Notes under the pieces: model-generated | What the model saw: the letters and a program-made list of their open reading frames with translations, nothing else | Databases searched by the model: none | Told to the model about the DNA's origin: nothing | Part shown: positions 9,011-18,175 of the stretch, piece by piece | Position numbering within the stretch: position 1 is the first letter of the stretch | Layout of the letters: the number at the start of each line of letters is the position of its first letter | Translations under genes and position numbers: made by a program | Assembly: GCA_020632555.1 (NCBI GenBank) | Contig: JACKFI010000007.1 | Coordinates: 528-64,527 of the forward strand | Length of the DNA stretch: 64,000 bases | From: Candidatus Omnitrophota bacterium | GTDB taxonomy: Bacteria > Omnitrophota > Gorgyraeia > Zapsychrales > JANLHA01 | Reading direction: 5' to 3'

Positions 9011-9691
9011 ATGGCCATTTATTTAGATACCAGCAATATTGATGAGATTCGTAAGTACACCAAGATGGGGATTATTTCCGGCGTTACGACCAACCCGACG
9101 ATTCTTCATAAAGAAGGTGCCTCTGGAGGAATGAAGGGTTTGAAAGAAAAAATGCTGGAAGTTGCGCGTATTGTCGCGCCGCATCCTTTGTCCGTTGAGG
9201 TGACGACCAATCATCGGGAGGGCATGATCGCGCAAGCCAAAGAAATAGCCGGGTGGGCAAAAAATATTGTGATCAAGATTACAGTGCATGGTCCCAACGG
9301 TGAGCTGGATAATATGTCAGTTATTCATGAATTGGAAACCAAACATGATATTCGTATTAATGTCACGGCGATGATGAGCGCTCAACAGTGCTTTTTGGCT
9401 GCTTTGGCGGGCGCCAGTTATGTTTCACTTTTGGGTGGCCGTGTTAATAATATGGGGTACAACTCGATTGAAGAAGTTAAGAAATTGCGTTATCTTTTAG
9501 ATCGTTATCAATTGAAAGCAAAAATTATCCTCGCATCGACACGTGAAATTTTAAATGTGATCGAATGGCTTTGCGCGGGCGCGGATATTGTGACGGTTGC
9601 CCCCAACTTTATTGAAGGGATGATTGTGCATCCTTACACGAAGGAAACGGTGCAAATGTTTTTGGCAGATGCCGCTAAAGCGGGACATTGA
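9011..9691 (+). CDS. Short-type transaldolase / fructose-6-phosphate aldolase (Tal/FSA family)
   Basis: MAIYLDTSNIDEIRKY...GVTTNPTIL N-terminus and VIKITV Schiff-base lysine region; 226 aa. Confidence 0.85.
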   Translation: MAIYLDTSNIDEIRKYTKMGIISGVTTNPTILHKEGASGGMKGLKEKMLEVARIVAPHPLSVEVTTNHREGMIAQAKEIAGWAKNIVIKITVHGPNGELDNMSVIHELETKHDIRINVTAMMSAQQCFLAALAGASYVSLLGGRVNNMGYNSIEEVKKLRYLLDRYQLKAKIILASTREILNVIEWLCAGADIVTVAPNFIEGMIVHPYTKETVQMFLADAAKAGH

Positions 9692-9704
9692 AAGGACCTT
9701 GGCA

Positions 9705-10487
9705 ATGAACAGATCGTTAAACAAGAGGCAAGAATTAAAACAAAAATTTCAAAAGTGTGAAACAATTTTTGGTTCGTGGACGTCTTTAGCGCATCCTTCG
9801 ATAACTGAAATTTTTGCTCGTTCAGGGGTAGGTTTTCTGGGTATTGATTTGGAACACAGCACGACCAGTCAGGAACAGTCACAGCGGATTATTGCGGCCG
9901 CGCAAGCGGACGGTGTTGTCTGTTTGCCGCGTGTTGCCTCACATAATCCAGAAATGATTCGCCGTGTTCTTGATTCCGGCGCGGATGGCATGATTGTGCC
10001 GATGGTACAAAATGCTTTAGACGTTGAGCGGATGATTGAATGGGCGAAATATCCGCCTTTGGGTCGTCGTGGTTTTGGTGTTTCGCGTGCGCAGGGTTAT
10101 GGTATGGATTTTGGGGAATATACTCAGACGTGGAACGACAGTTCGATTATGATTGCGCAAATTGAGTCTATTGGTGCCGTTGACCGTATTGATGAAATTT
10201 TATCTTTTAAAGAATTGGATGGAGTTATGGTTGGCCCGTACGATATTTCCGGTTCATTGGGTATTCCTGGACAAATTGAACATCAAAAGGTGCTGGACGC
10301 CAGCAAGAGGGTGATTGCGGCTTGTCAACGTCATAAAAAATCCTGCGGGACACATCTTGTGGAAGCCAGTGAACAGCGTATCAAGAAGGCTTTAGAAACA
10401 GGTTTTAGTTTTGTGATCCTTTCTTCGGATGTGTTTTTATTGTGGAAATGGGCCGAACAAATTAAGAATTTAATTTCTGTTAAGTAA
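9705..10487 (+). CDS. HpcH/HpaI-family class II (pyruvate) aldolase
   Basis: FGSWTSLAHPSITEIFARSGVGFLGIDLEHS, MIVPMV, PPLGRRG, ESIGAV, GPYDIS motifs. I trimmed the track ORF (9624) to the ATG at 9705, just after the tal stop, with an AAAGGA RBS. Confidence 0.8.
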   Translation: MNRSLNKRQELKQKFQKCETIFGSWTSLAHPSITEIFARSGVGFLGIDLEHSTTSQEQSQRIIAAAQADGVVCLPRVASHNPEMIRRVLDSGADGMIVPMVQNALDVERMIEWAKYPPLGRRGFGVSRAQGYGMDFGEYTQTWNDSSIMIAQIESIGAVDRIDEILSFKELDGVMVGPYDISGSLGIPGQIEHQKVLDASKRVIAACQRHKKSCGTHLVEASEQRIKKALETGFSFVILSSDVFLLWKWAEQIKNLISVK

Positions 10488-10513
10488 AGTTTTATTTTGA
10501 ATGGTTCTTTTAT

Positions 10514-11167
10514 ATGAAAAACTATCAGGCTATTATCCTTGATTTTGACGGAGTTATTGTGGAATCGGTTGGAATTAAGGATGATGCTTTTCGTGAATTA
10601 TTTAAGGATTTTCCCCATCATCTGGATTCTATCATGACGTATCATTTGACGAATAATGCGATTATTCGTTATGAAAAGTTCAAAGTCATTTATGAGGAAA
10701 TATTAGGATTGCCGTATACGGCAGAAGTTTCTGCTCGTTTGGGTGCGCAGTTTTCGAAAATGATTTTTGAGAAAATTGTTTTGTGCCCATTTGTTAAAGG
10801 GGCATTGGAGTTTTTAGGAGAATTTGAGAAACAGACTTTGTTTTACTTGGTGTCGATTAATCCGGCACAGGAGTTAAAGTCGATTTTGGCTGCCAAGAAG
10901 ATTGATCGTTTTTTTTGTGATGTCTATGCTTATCCATGGGGCAAGGCGGATGCGATTCGTGAAATTTTGCAACGCAATGATTTCTTAGAAAAAGATGTTG
11001 TTTTTATTGGCGATAGTCCAGAGGATTATCAGGCTGCCAAAATGGTTGGGATTGATTTTATTGGCCGTCAGTCTGTTCGTTCGTGGGATGGCAAAGGATG
11101 TTTGGTTTTTAATGATTTGCAGGAAATTGCGAATTATTTGAAGATACAGAATGGTGCGGTTCTTTAA
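10514..11167 (+). CDS. HAD-superfamily phosphatase (phosphoglycolate phosphatase-like subfamily)
   Basis: Motif I ILDFDGVIVES, a later VSINP motif, and IGDSPEDYQAA (motif IV-like). Confidence 0.8.
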   Translation: MKNYQAIILDFDGVIVESVGIKDDAFRELFKDFPHHLDSIMTYHLTNNAIIRYEKFKVIYEEILGLPYTAEVSARLGAQFSKMIFEKIVLCPFVKGALEFLGEFEKQTLFYLVSINPAQELKSILAAKKIDRFFCDVYAYPWGKADAIREILQRNDFLEKDVVFIGDSPEDYQAAKMVGIDFIGRQSVRSWDGKGCLVFNDLQEIANYLKIQNGAVL

Positions 11168-11282
11168 TCTGCGGTGTACCAGTAAATTCCGGTAAAATGT
11201 TTTTTGTTAAGAATTGTTGAGATTCAATAGGTCCGGCAATTAAGGGATAGTTTTTAATCATGTATTGCGGAGTTCTAATAGA

Positions 11283-12044
11283 ATGAAAGTGGTCGCTGTC
11301 ATCCCTGCCCGCATGGGTTCTTCTCGCTTTCCTGGAAAACCACTCAAGAAAATTCTCGATTTGCCGATGGTGGAGCATGTTCGCCGTCGTGCTTTGTTGT
11401 GTAAGGCTGTTGATGAGGTTGTGGTTGCAACGTGTGATCAAGAAATTATTGATGCTGTTAATCAAGCTGGCGGCAAAGCGGTGATGACATCTGATAAACA
11501 TGAGCGCTGCACGGATCGCGTTGAAGAGGCGGTTCGCGGCAGTTCTGCCGATCTGGTGATTGTTTTGCAGGGCGATGAGCCATTGTTGGGTTTAGATGTT
11601 ATTGATCAATTGATAACGCCATTTGAGGCGGATCAAAATGTATTGTGCACGAACCTGATTTCGGTGATTCATGATGAAACTGATTTGGATAATCGTGATA
11701 TTGTTAAAGCGGTTTTGAATCAAAAGAATGACGTTTTGTGTTTTTCTCGATCAGCGATTCCTTATCGCCGGGTTAAGACTGAATGTCCTCTGTATCGGCA
11801 AACAGGATTCTCAGTTTTTCGCCGTTTATTTCTCGAACAATTTTCTCAATTGCCGCCGACACCTTTGGAAATCTTAGAATCGGTTGATTTCCTGCGAATT
11901 TTAGAGCATGGGTATTCGATTCACGGCGTGATTTATCGGCAGGTTACTGTTGGCGTTGACCGGCCGGGCGATATCGCCGTTGTTGAAAATATTCTCAAAA
12001 ATGATCCCGTGCAAAAAAAGATTTACGAAATGATTTGTCAATGA
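11283..12044 (+). CDS. KdsB-like cytidylyltransferase (3-deoxy-ulosonate / CMP-sugar-acid synthetase family)
   Basis: MKVVAVIPARMGSSRFPGKPLKKILDLPMVEHV and VLQGDEPL motifs, typical of CMP-Kdo synthetase-type enzymes. ATG at 11283 preferred over 11265. Confidence 0.8.
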   Translation: MKVVAVIPARMGSSRFPGKPLKKILDLPMVEHVRRRALLCKAVDEVVVATCDQEIIDAVNQAGGKAVMTSDKHERCTDRVEEAVRGSSADLVIVLQGDEPLLGLDVIDQLITPFEADQNVLCTNLISVIHDETDLDNRDIVKAVLNQKNDVLCFSRSAIPYRRVKTECPLYRQTGFSVFRRLFLEQFSQLPPTPLEILESVDFLRILEHGYSIHGVIYRQVTVGVDRPGDIAVVENILKNDPVQKKIYEMICQ

Positions 12045-12970
12045 CTAAGCCGAAGATTCTTGTCGCTTTATCGACGTTTGCCCAATACGGCGAAAAACCA
12101 GTAGAACTTTTAAAAAGCAGCGGCTTGCCATTTGTTCTTAACTCAACCGGGCAACGTTTGAATACGGATGATATTTTAAAACTTGGGCAGGACTGTCAGG
12201 GAATTATTGCTGGTGTTGAACCATATACGAAAGATGTGTTGTCTCAACTTCCGAATCTGCGTTGTATTAGCCGCTGTGGGGTGGGAATTGATAGTATTGA
12301 TTTGGCTAAAGCCAAGGAATTAGAGATCAAAATTCTCAATACACCAAATCCTGTGATTGTGCCGGTTGCGGAGTTGACCGTTGGGATGATGCTGGATCTT
12401 TTGCGTCAAATTACGTGGCATACGGTGACCTTACGTAATCAAAAATGGCAGAAAAAAGGTGGATATAATTTGCAGGGTAAAACGGTTGGCATTATTGGTT
12501 TAGGGCGTATCGGGAAAAAAGTTGCACAACTTTTGAAAAGTTTTTCTGTGGATGTGATAGCGTCGGACTCTTATCCTGATGATCTTTGGGCGAAGGAAAA
12601 TAATATTCGAATGGTGTCAGTTGAGGAATTATTGAGAAATTCTGATATTGTGACTTTGCATTTGAAGACAGACAAGAGATTTCCTTTTGTTTTAGGAGAA
12701 AAAGAAATTCGAATGATGAAGTCTAAAGCTTTTTTGTTAAATCTTGCGCGCGGAGAGATGGTGGATGAAAATGCGCTTTATTGTGCTTTGACTCAAGGAC
12801 ATTTGGCTGGTGCTGGATTGGATGTTTTTTCACAGGAACCTTATAGCGGGAAATTGGCTACGCTGGATAATGTTTTGATGACGCCGCATATCGCGACTTT
12901 AACAGCGGAGTCGCGGTTAGAAATGGAAACACAAGCGGTAGAAAATCTTTTAACATGGTTTGGGTCGTAA
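12041..12970 (+). CDS. D-isomer-specific 2-hydroxyacid dehydrogenase (phosphoglycerate dehydrogenase-like, no ACT domain)
   Basis: GKTVGIIGLGRIGKKVA NAD motif, LNLARGEMVDE, GAGLDVF, MTPHIA. The ATG at 12041 overlaps the upstream TGA (ATGA). Confidence 0.85.
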   Translation: MTKPKILVALSTFAQYGEKPVELLKSSGLPFVLNSTGQRLNTDDILKLGQDCQGIIAGVEPYTKDVLSQLPNLRCISRCGVGIDSIDLAKAKELEIKILNTPNPVIVPVAELTVGMMLDLLRQITWHTVTLRNQKWQKKGGYNLQGKTVGIIGLGRIGKKVAQLLKSFSVDVIASDSYPDDLWAKENNIRMVSVEELLRNSDIVTLHLKTDKRFPFVLGEKEIRMMKSKAFLLNLARGEMVDENALYCALTQGHLAGAGLDVFSQEPYSGKLATLDNVLMTPHIATLTAESRLEMETQAVENLLTWFGS

Positions 12971-12978
12971 ATTCAACG

Positions 12979-13680
12979 ATGAGCTTTGCAGATTTTAAAA
13001 ATAAATTGCATCCGTTTGAGCTGACCATGCGTCTGCATGCGTTTTTGACTTGGCCGGCAATGACGCGCAAAGAAATGCAAATCTTAAAGCGTATTTTTTT
13101 GTCATTTCCCAAAGAACAAACGATTCATATATTTGAGTATGGGATGGGTTTTTCAACAGTTTATTTTGCGAAGTTTTTGCGAAAAGCGGGTTATTTATTT
13201 CATTTGTATTCGGTGGATAATAATCGTTTCTGGTATGAAAAAGTAACAGCTATGATCAAGTCTGAGAAATTGACAGAACATGTTACTTTGCATTTGCGTG
13301 AATTTATTCCGTTCTGGGAGAAACCGGGTTGGGATTGGACATCAGAGCCGCAACAAGGAGTTTTCGCTCCGCAAACTCAAATGGAATTAGAGTATATCAA
13401 TTTGCCGCAGATGTTGAAGATTCCTTTTAATGTCATTTTTGTCGATGCGCGTTTTCGCCGGCGTTGTTTGGAAGCGGCACTGACGAGTGTTGATTATCGC
13501 GGGTTTGTGATCATGCATGATGCCCAGAAGAAACATTATCATTCGGCAACTGAAAAATATCGGTATTCACGATTTATTGACAGTGGTCAATATTTTCCCT
13601 TTGCTCGGCGCAAGTATCAACTGTGGTTAGGTAGTCCGATGAATTCTTTGGTTGACAAAATTGCTGTGGAATTTGATTAA
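12979..13680 (+). CDS. Hypothetical protein, possibly a class I methyltransferase-fold enzyme
   Basis: IFEYGMGFSTVYFA (resembles motif I of Methyltransf_24-like proteins) and VIFVDA...MHDA. Weak assignment. Confidence 0.4.
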   Translation: MSFADFKNKLHPFELTMRLHAFLTWPAMTRKEMQILKRIFLSFPKEQTIHIFEYGMGFSTVYFAKFLRKAGYLFHLYSVDNNRFWYEKVTAMIKSEKLTEHVTLHLREFIPFWEKPGWDWTSEPQQGVFAPQTQMELEYINLPQMLKIPFNVIFVDARFRRRCLEAALTSVDYRGFVIMHDAQKKHYHSATEKYRYSRFIDSGQYFPFARRKYQLWLGSPMNSLVDKIAVEFD

Positions 13681-13681
13681 T

Positions 13682-14809
13682 ATGGCCCACCCTGAAATTA
13701 CAGTTTTGATGACGGTTTATAATGGCGGCGCATATTTAAAAATGGCGGTCGAGAGTGTTCTTAAACAAACTTTTACGGATTTTGAATTTCTCATTATTGA
13801 CGATTGTAGTTTGGACCAGTCTCGGGAGACTATTCTTTCTTTTAAAGATGAGCGAATTAAGTTGATCAAAAATGAAATCAATCTGGGACAAACACGTTCA
13901 CTTAACAAAGGGTTAGCTTTAGCGCAAGGCCGGTATATCGCGCGCATTGACGCGGATGATTTTGTTTTTTCGTCATGGCTTGAGAAGACTTTGGCTTTAT
14001 TGAAAGCTCAGCCTTTGACTGCCGTTGTCAGTTGCAAGGCGATTGTTGTTGATGAGCAACATAAGATTCGCAAAACATTAAGGACGGGGTGTTGTTATGC
14101 GCAAATGGTTTTACGTTCCTTGACAGCGACACCGTTGAATCATGTTGGTGCTCTTTATAAAGTTGATGTGATTTCTTCTGTTGGGGGATACGATGAAACA
14201 TTTAAGATTGCGGCGGATTTTGAGTTATGGTCAAGATTGATTCGCCGCCGTATTCAATTGGCTTGCATTGATGAGCCATTGGTCGCAATTCGTGTGCATG
14301 CTAAGTCTGAGAGTATGATTCAACGAGGCCAGATTGATATGATTGAAATTTCGGAAGTTATGAAGCGGAACTTTGACGTCTTGATTGCATTTGAAATTTC
14401 CCGGCCAGAGATTGAATTGTTATGGAAACTGCATTATGCGACGATACAATTAAGTGCGGTTGAGTTTCAAGATGCTTTCATGCTGTTGTGTAAAGCCTAC
14501 AGAACGATGAAAGCGGAATTCGCCGTATCTTCTGACGCTGTTGAGGCCTTTATTGCTCATCAGAAGAAAGTATTCTATGCCAAGCGGGCTTTAGGTCAGA
14601 TGGCGCAAGGACAGCTGCCGCAACTGCGGGTTTTGGCTAAGGATTATTGTAAGACAGAAGGGTGGCTGAATCTTTTGTCTTTGGTGTGGTTGGGGACATG
14701 GCTTGGAAAGCCGGCATTGAGAAATTTGCCTATTATTTATGAACGATGGCGCGGCTGGATAGCAAGAAAGAAATTGCCGCATCAGGTTTATTCGGAATGT
14801 GTGCGTTAA
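13682..14809 (+). CDS. Family 2 glycosyltransferase
   Basis: ITVLMTVYNGGAYLKMAVESVLKQTFTDFEFLIIDDCSLDQS and ARIDADD (DxD) motifs. Confidence 0.85.
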   Translation: MAHPEITVLMTVYNGGAYLKMAVESVLKQTFTDFEFLIIDDCSLDQSRETILSFKDERIKLIKNEINLGQTRSLNKGLALAQGRYIARIDADDFVFSSWLEKTLALLKAQPLTAVVSCKAIVVDEQHKIRKTLRTGCCYAQMVLRSLTATPLNHVGALYKVDVISSVGGYDETFKIAADFELWSRLIRRRIQLACIDEPLVAIRVHAKSESMIQRGQIDMIEISEVMKRNFDVLIAFEISRPEIELLWKLHYATIQLSAVEFQDAFMLLCKAYRTMKAEFAVSSDAVEAFIAHQKKVFYAKRALGQMAQGQLPQLRVLAKDYCKTEGWLNLLSLVWLGTWLGKPALRNLPIIYERWRGWIARKKLPHQVYSECVR

Positions 14810-14813
14810 GATC

Positions 14814-16319
14814 ATGTTAAAAATGTCTGATGATATTTTGCAAAAGATTATTAAAAGGATCATTTTGGTTCTGGTTGGTTTCTTTTGTTATTTTTATGCT
14901 TTGTATGCGTCCGATTTTGCTGAACTGCATATTCAATTTGCTGGTCTGGATTTTCCGATTTTTATTGGAGAAATTCTTTTGGGTGTTTGTGTTCTCTTGT
15001 TTTTGATTTATATTTTAAAATTTTCGGTATGTTTCAACTTGAGATTTGTTTGGCTGGGGACACTTTACGTGTCGTGGGTATTAGCTAAAGCGTTTTTAGG
15101 GTATGTTCATTGGGGGCCGCTGGCATTGCGCAATGCGGCGTTATTTTATTATCCGTTTTTTGCTTTGATTGGGTATATGATTTTTGAACGTTCACTTTAT
15201 CAAGGTTTGGGTCGATGGTTTCTATTAGGTTTTTTGTTGTGGAATCTGCTTTTTGTTAATATCAATGATTATTTTGTTATAGCGTTTTTGATGTTAGCTT
15301 TTGGTTTGTCTTGGCATTTACGTCAGCAAGTTCTACGATTTGCTGGAATTTTTCTTTGTGCTTTTTATGTTATCCATTCTCGGGTTATGTGGTGGGGTTG
15401 CCGGTCGCATATGGTTGGCATTGGTGTAATGGCTATTTTTCTGGCGGGGTATTTTCTTTTTGGGATGTTTAAAGCGCAACGGCGGGTTAAGTTATTGACC
15501 TTGTTTGTTTTGGTGGTGATATTTGTTGGCTTTCTTTTTAAATTTGGCGACCACAATGCTTTAAAATCGATGATGACGTTTCGCCAATTAGTAAAGGAAT
15601 ATAAGAAGTTGGATGTGGATGTTCGCAAGAATGAGACAACGTATATTCATGAACCGTTGATTGTCAGGCTTTATAATGAAAACAGTAAAACTCTGCCTTT
15701 ATTTACAAATAAAAATAGTAAAAACCAATCTTTATTTCTAGATAAGCCGCGGGAAGAAGTTGAAAAACATTCTTTACCGGAAATAAAAATGATAGCAGAA
15801 CCGAGTCAAGTGCCCGTTGAGCCCGCTGTACAATCAGATTCGTCCCCAAGTCATGAGCGTCGGCTTGATGTTGCTTATGCTAATATTTGTTTTCGTCTTT
15901 TTGTTTGGAAGGATATGGTGGACGATTTTATAAAACAAAAGGCATGGGGTGGCGTTAGCTTTGGGCAGCCGCAACGTTCTCCATCCTTGGAAGCGGCGCA
16001 TTGGGCTACCGCGGATTGGTTGCGGGATGGGTGGATTACGCCGCATAATTCTTTTTTGCATATGATTTATCGAGGGGGGTTAGTGGGATTTGTTTGTGTG
16101 GTTATGATTTTTGGTCTATTAGTTAATATGACTCGACGTTTTCTAAAACTTCGTTCTGTCTGGGGAGGCCTCTTGGTGGGGTGTTTGGTGTACTGGGTGA
16201 CGATTAGTAATTTCTTGGTATTTTTAGAATTTCCTTATAATGCAATTCCGTTTTGGACTTTTTGGGGAATGACGTTGGCGTATTTGCATACACTGGAGAA
16301 AGATTCTTTATGCGCTTGA
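14814..16319 (+). CDS. O-antigen ligase/polymerase-like (Wzy_C) membrane protein with a large soluble insert
   Basis: About 10 hydrophobic helices. A signature PHNSFLHMIYRGGLVG follows a hydrophilic segment of roughly 130 aa. Confidence 0.6.
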   Translation: MLKMSDDILQKIIKRIILVLVGFFCYFYALYASDFAELHIQFAGLDFPIFIGEILLGVCVLLFLIYILKFSVCFNLRFVWLGTLYVSWVLAKAFLGYVHWGPLALRNAALFYYPFFALIGYMIFERSLYQGLGRWFLLGFLLWNLLFVNINDYFVIAFLMLAFGLSWHLRQQVLRFAGIFLCAFYVIHSRVMWWGCRSHMVGIGVMAIFLAGYFLFGMFKAQRRVKLLTLFVLVVIFVGFLFKFGDHNALKSMMTFRQLVKEYKKLDVDVRKNETTYIHEPLIVRLYNENSKTLPLFTNKNSKNQSLFLDKPREEVEKHSLPEIKMIAEPSQVPVEPAVQSDSSPSHERRLDVAYANICFRLFVWKDMVDDFIKQKAWGGVSFGQPQRSPSLEAAHWATADWLRDGWITPHNSFLHMIYRGGLVGFVCVVMIFGLLVNMTRRFLKLRSVWGGLLVGCLVYWVTISNFLVFLEFPYNAIPFWTFWGMTLAYLHTLEKDSLCA

Positions 16320-18088
16320 TAAAATTAATGTTTAAAGAGTGGGTGGTTTTGACCATTCTTCTATTTGTTGGGCTAGCGGTTGGTATTCTCGAAGGTATGG
16401 GGATTGCTGTTTTTTTGCCCATTTTGCAGAGTCAGGATGCGATGAATGTTGGGGCGTTGCCAAAATTCTTTCGCGTTCCATTTGAGTTTTTGAGTCATTA
16501 TTCTTTGGGCGATAAAATTCGCATTATTTCAGTTTTATTATTGGCGGTTAATCTTTTGCGTTTAGGCTTTATTTATATAGATATCAACCTTTCCGTTTTT
16601 GTGCGAACCAAGGTTTTGACTCATTACAAAATGGAATGTATGAAACAGATGATGAAAATGAATATGGGTTTCTATAATCATCGGCGATTATCAGATTTTC
16701 AGCTGTTGTTTAAGAATCGAATTGAATCGCATATTGGGATGATTATTGAAGTTTTATGTAATGCGCTTCCTGCCGTTTTAACATCGATTATTTTGGTTGT
16801 GCTGCTGGTGATGTCTTCATGGAAAATCTCGCTTATTCTTTTAGTTTCTTTAGGAATCTCCGGATTCTTGCTGGAATTGTTGGCGCGATTGGTCAGAAAA
16901 TCAGGCAGTCAGTATATCAAGACAGAGGCAAGCTTTAATAAGATTCTTTTTGACATTATCAATGGCATGAAAATTATACGAACTTTTAACGCTCAGAATT
17001 TGATGCTTCAGAATTTCCAGGGTGAAGTTAAGGAGTTGATCAAGTCTTATAACCGGATGTCGGTTATAACAAAATTAGTTGGACCTTTCTTTGAAGTTTG
17101 TGGCGTTTTAATTATTTGTGTAATTCTTATTTGCGGCACGATGTTATTCGATGGACATAATAGTTCAAAAATCTTACTCACATTGTTCACTTTTGTTTTA
17201 ATTTTGGCACGATTGATTCCAGCTTTAAAACAAATTAATCATGCCTGGGGGACTATTGCCGCGCGGTTATCTGGTCTTAAGGAAGCTGATCAATTCTTGA
17301 TGACAGAAGAAACAGAAAGTTTGCAAAATGGGCAGATAGTATTTTCTGATTTAAGTGACAGTATCGAGTTTAAAGATGTTACATTCTCTTATGACCTAAA
17401 GGATAAGGTTGTTTTGGATCATGTAAGTTTTACGATTAAAAAAGGACAAAGAGTTGGTATTATTGGCGCGTCGGGTTCTGGAAAATCTACTTTGACGGAG
17501 CTTCTTTTACGTTTTTATGATCCGCAAACTGGAGGCATTTGGGTCGATGGAGTTAATTTGCAAGAATTAGATATTTTGTCTTTTAGAAATCATATTGGTG
17601 TTGTCCCTCAGGATGTTTTTCTTTTTAATGAAACGGTCAAAGGCAATATTGGTTTCTCCAAGCCGCAAGCTACAGATATGGAAATCAAAGATGCCGCTTT
17701 GCGTGCTAATGCTCACGAGTTTATTAAGAATCTTCCGGCTGGATATTCAACGAATATTGGTGAACGCGGTGTTTTGCTTTCTGGAGGCCAAAGGCAGAGA
17801 ATTGTTATCGCTCGAGCTATTTTGAGAGATCCGCAGATTTTGATTTTTGATGAAGCAACTTCAGCGTTAGATACGAATTCGGAACGGTTGGTGCAACAGT
17901 CATTAAATAATATTGCTAAGGGTAAGACCGTAATTATTATCGCGCATCGTTTGTCGACGGTTGCCGATTGCGATCAAATTATTGTTTTAGAACGCGGGAA
18001 GATTATTGAGAAGGGCTTGCGGGAAGAACTTCTTAGCAAAGATAGCGTTTATAAAGGATTGGTTAATGAACAGTCAATTGTTATTTAG
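16310..18088 (+). CDS. MsbA-like ABC exporter (fused permease and ATPase)
   Basis: N-terminal 6-TM region. Walker A GASGSGKST, signature LSGGQRQRIVIARA, Walker B ILIFDEATSALD. ATG at 16310 overlaps the upstream stop. Confidence 0.85.
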   Translation: MRLIKLMFKEWVVLTILLFVGLAVGILEGMGIAVFLPILQSQDAMNVGALPKFFRVPFEFLSHYSLGDKIRIISVLLLAVNLLRLGFIYIDINLSVFVRTKVLTHYKMECMKQMMKMNMGFYNHRRLSDFQLLFKNRIESHIGMIIEVLCNALPAVLTSIILVVLLVMSSWKISLILLVSLGISGFLLELLARLVRKSGSQYIKTEASFNKILFDIINGMKIIRTFNAQNLMLQNFQGEVKELIKSYNRMSVITKLVGPFFEVCGVLIICVILICGTMLFDGHNSSKILLTLFTFVLILARLIPALKQINHAWGTIAARLSGLKEADQFLMTEETESLQNGQIVFSDLSDSIEFKDVTFSYDLKDKVVLDHVSFTIKKGQRVGIIGASGSGKSTLTELLLRFYDPQTGGIWVDGVNLQELDILSFRNHIGVVPQDVFLFNETVKGNIGFSKPQATDMEIKDAALRANAHEFIKNLPAGYSTNIGERGVLLSGGQRQRIVIARAILRDPQILIFDEATSALDTNSERLVQQSLNNIAKGKTVIIIAHRLSTVADCDQIIVLERGKIIEKGLREELLSKDSVYKGLVNEQSIVI

Positions 18089-18175
18089 TTTTAGAATGCG
18101 GTGTACAGAATATGTTGAAAGTTCACTTGAAGCAGTTGGGCCATTGATCAAATTATTAAAACATGAGGGACGTTG

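Noticed and set aside
9624-9704. N-terminal extensions of track ORFs (9624, 11265, 13652, 14799, 16253, 27690, 30280, 52938, 53906, 57397, 60608)
   Set aside because: The extensions overlap the 3' end of the preceding gene and translate to non-conserved sequence. An internal ATG right after or overlapping the upstream stop, usually with a purine-rich RBS, gives the family-typical N-terminus. The shorter starts were used.
11170-11179. Shared 10-mer TGCGGTGTAC just downstream of two stop codons (11170-11179 and 18097-18106)
   Set aside because: A single 10-nt match between two sites among about 2.5 kb of intergenic DNA is within chance expectation. There is no dyad symmetry and no further copies were noticed.
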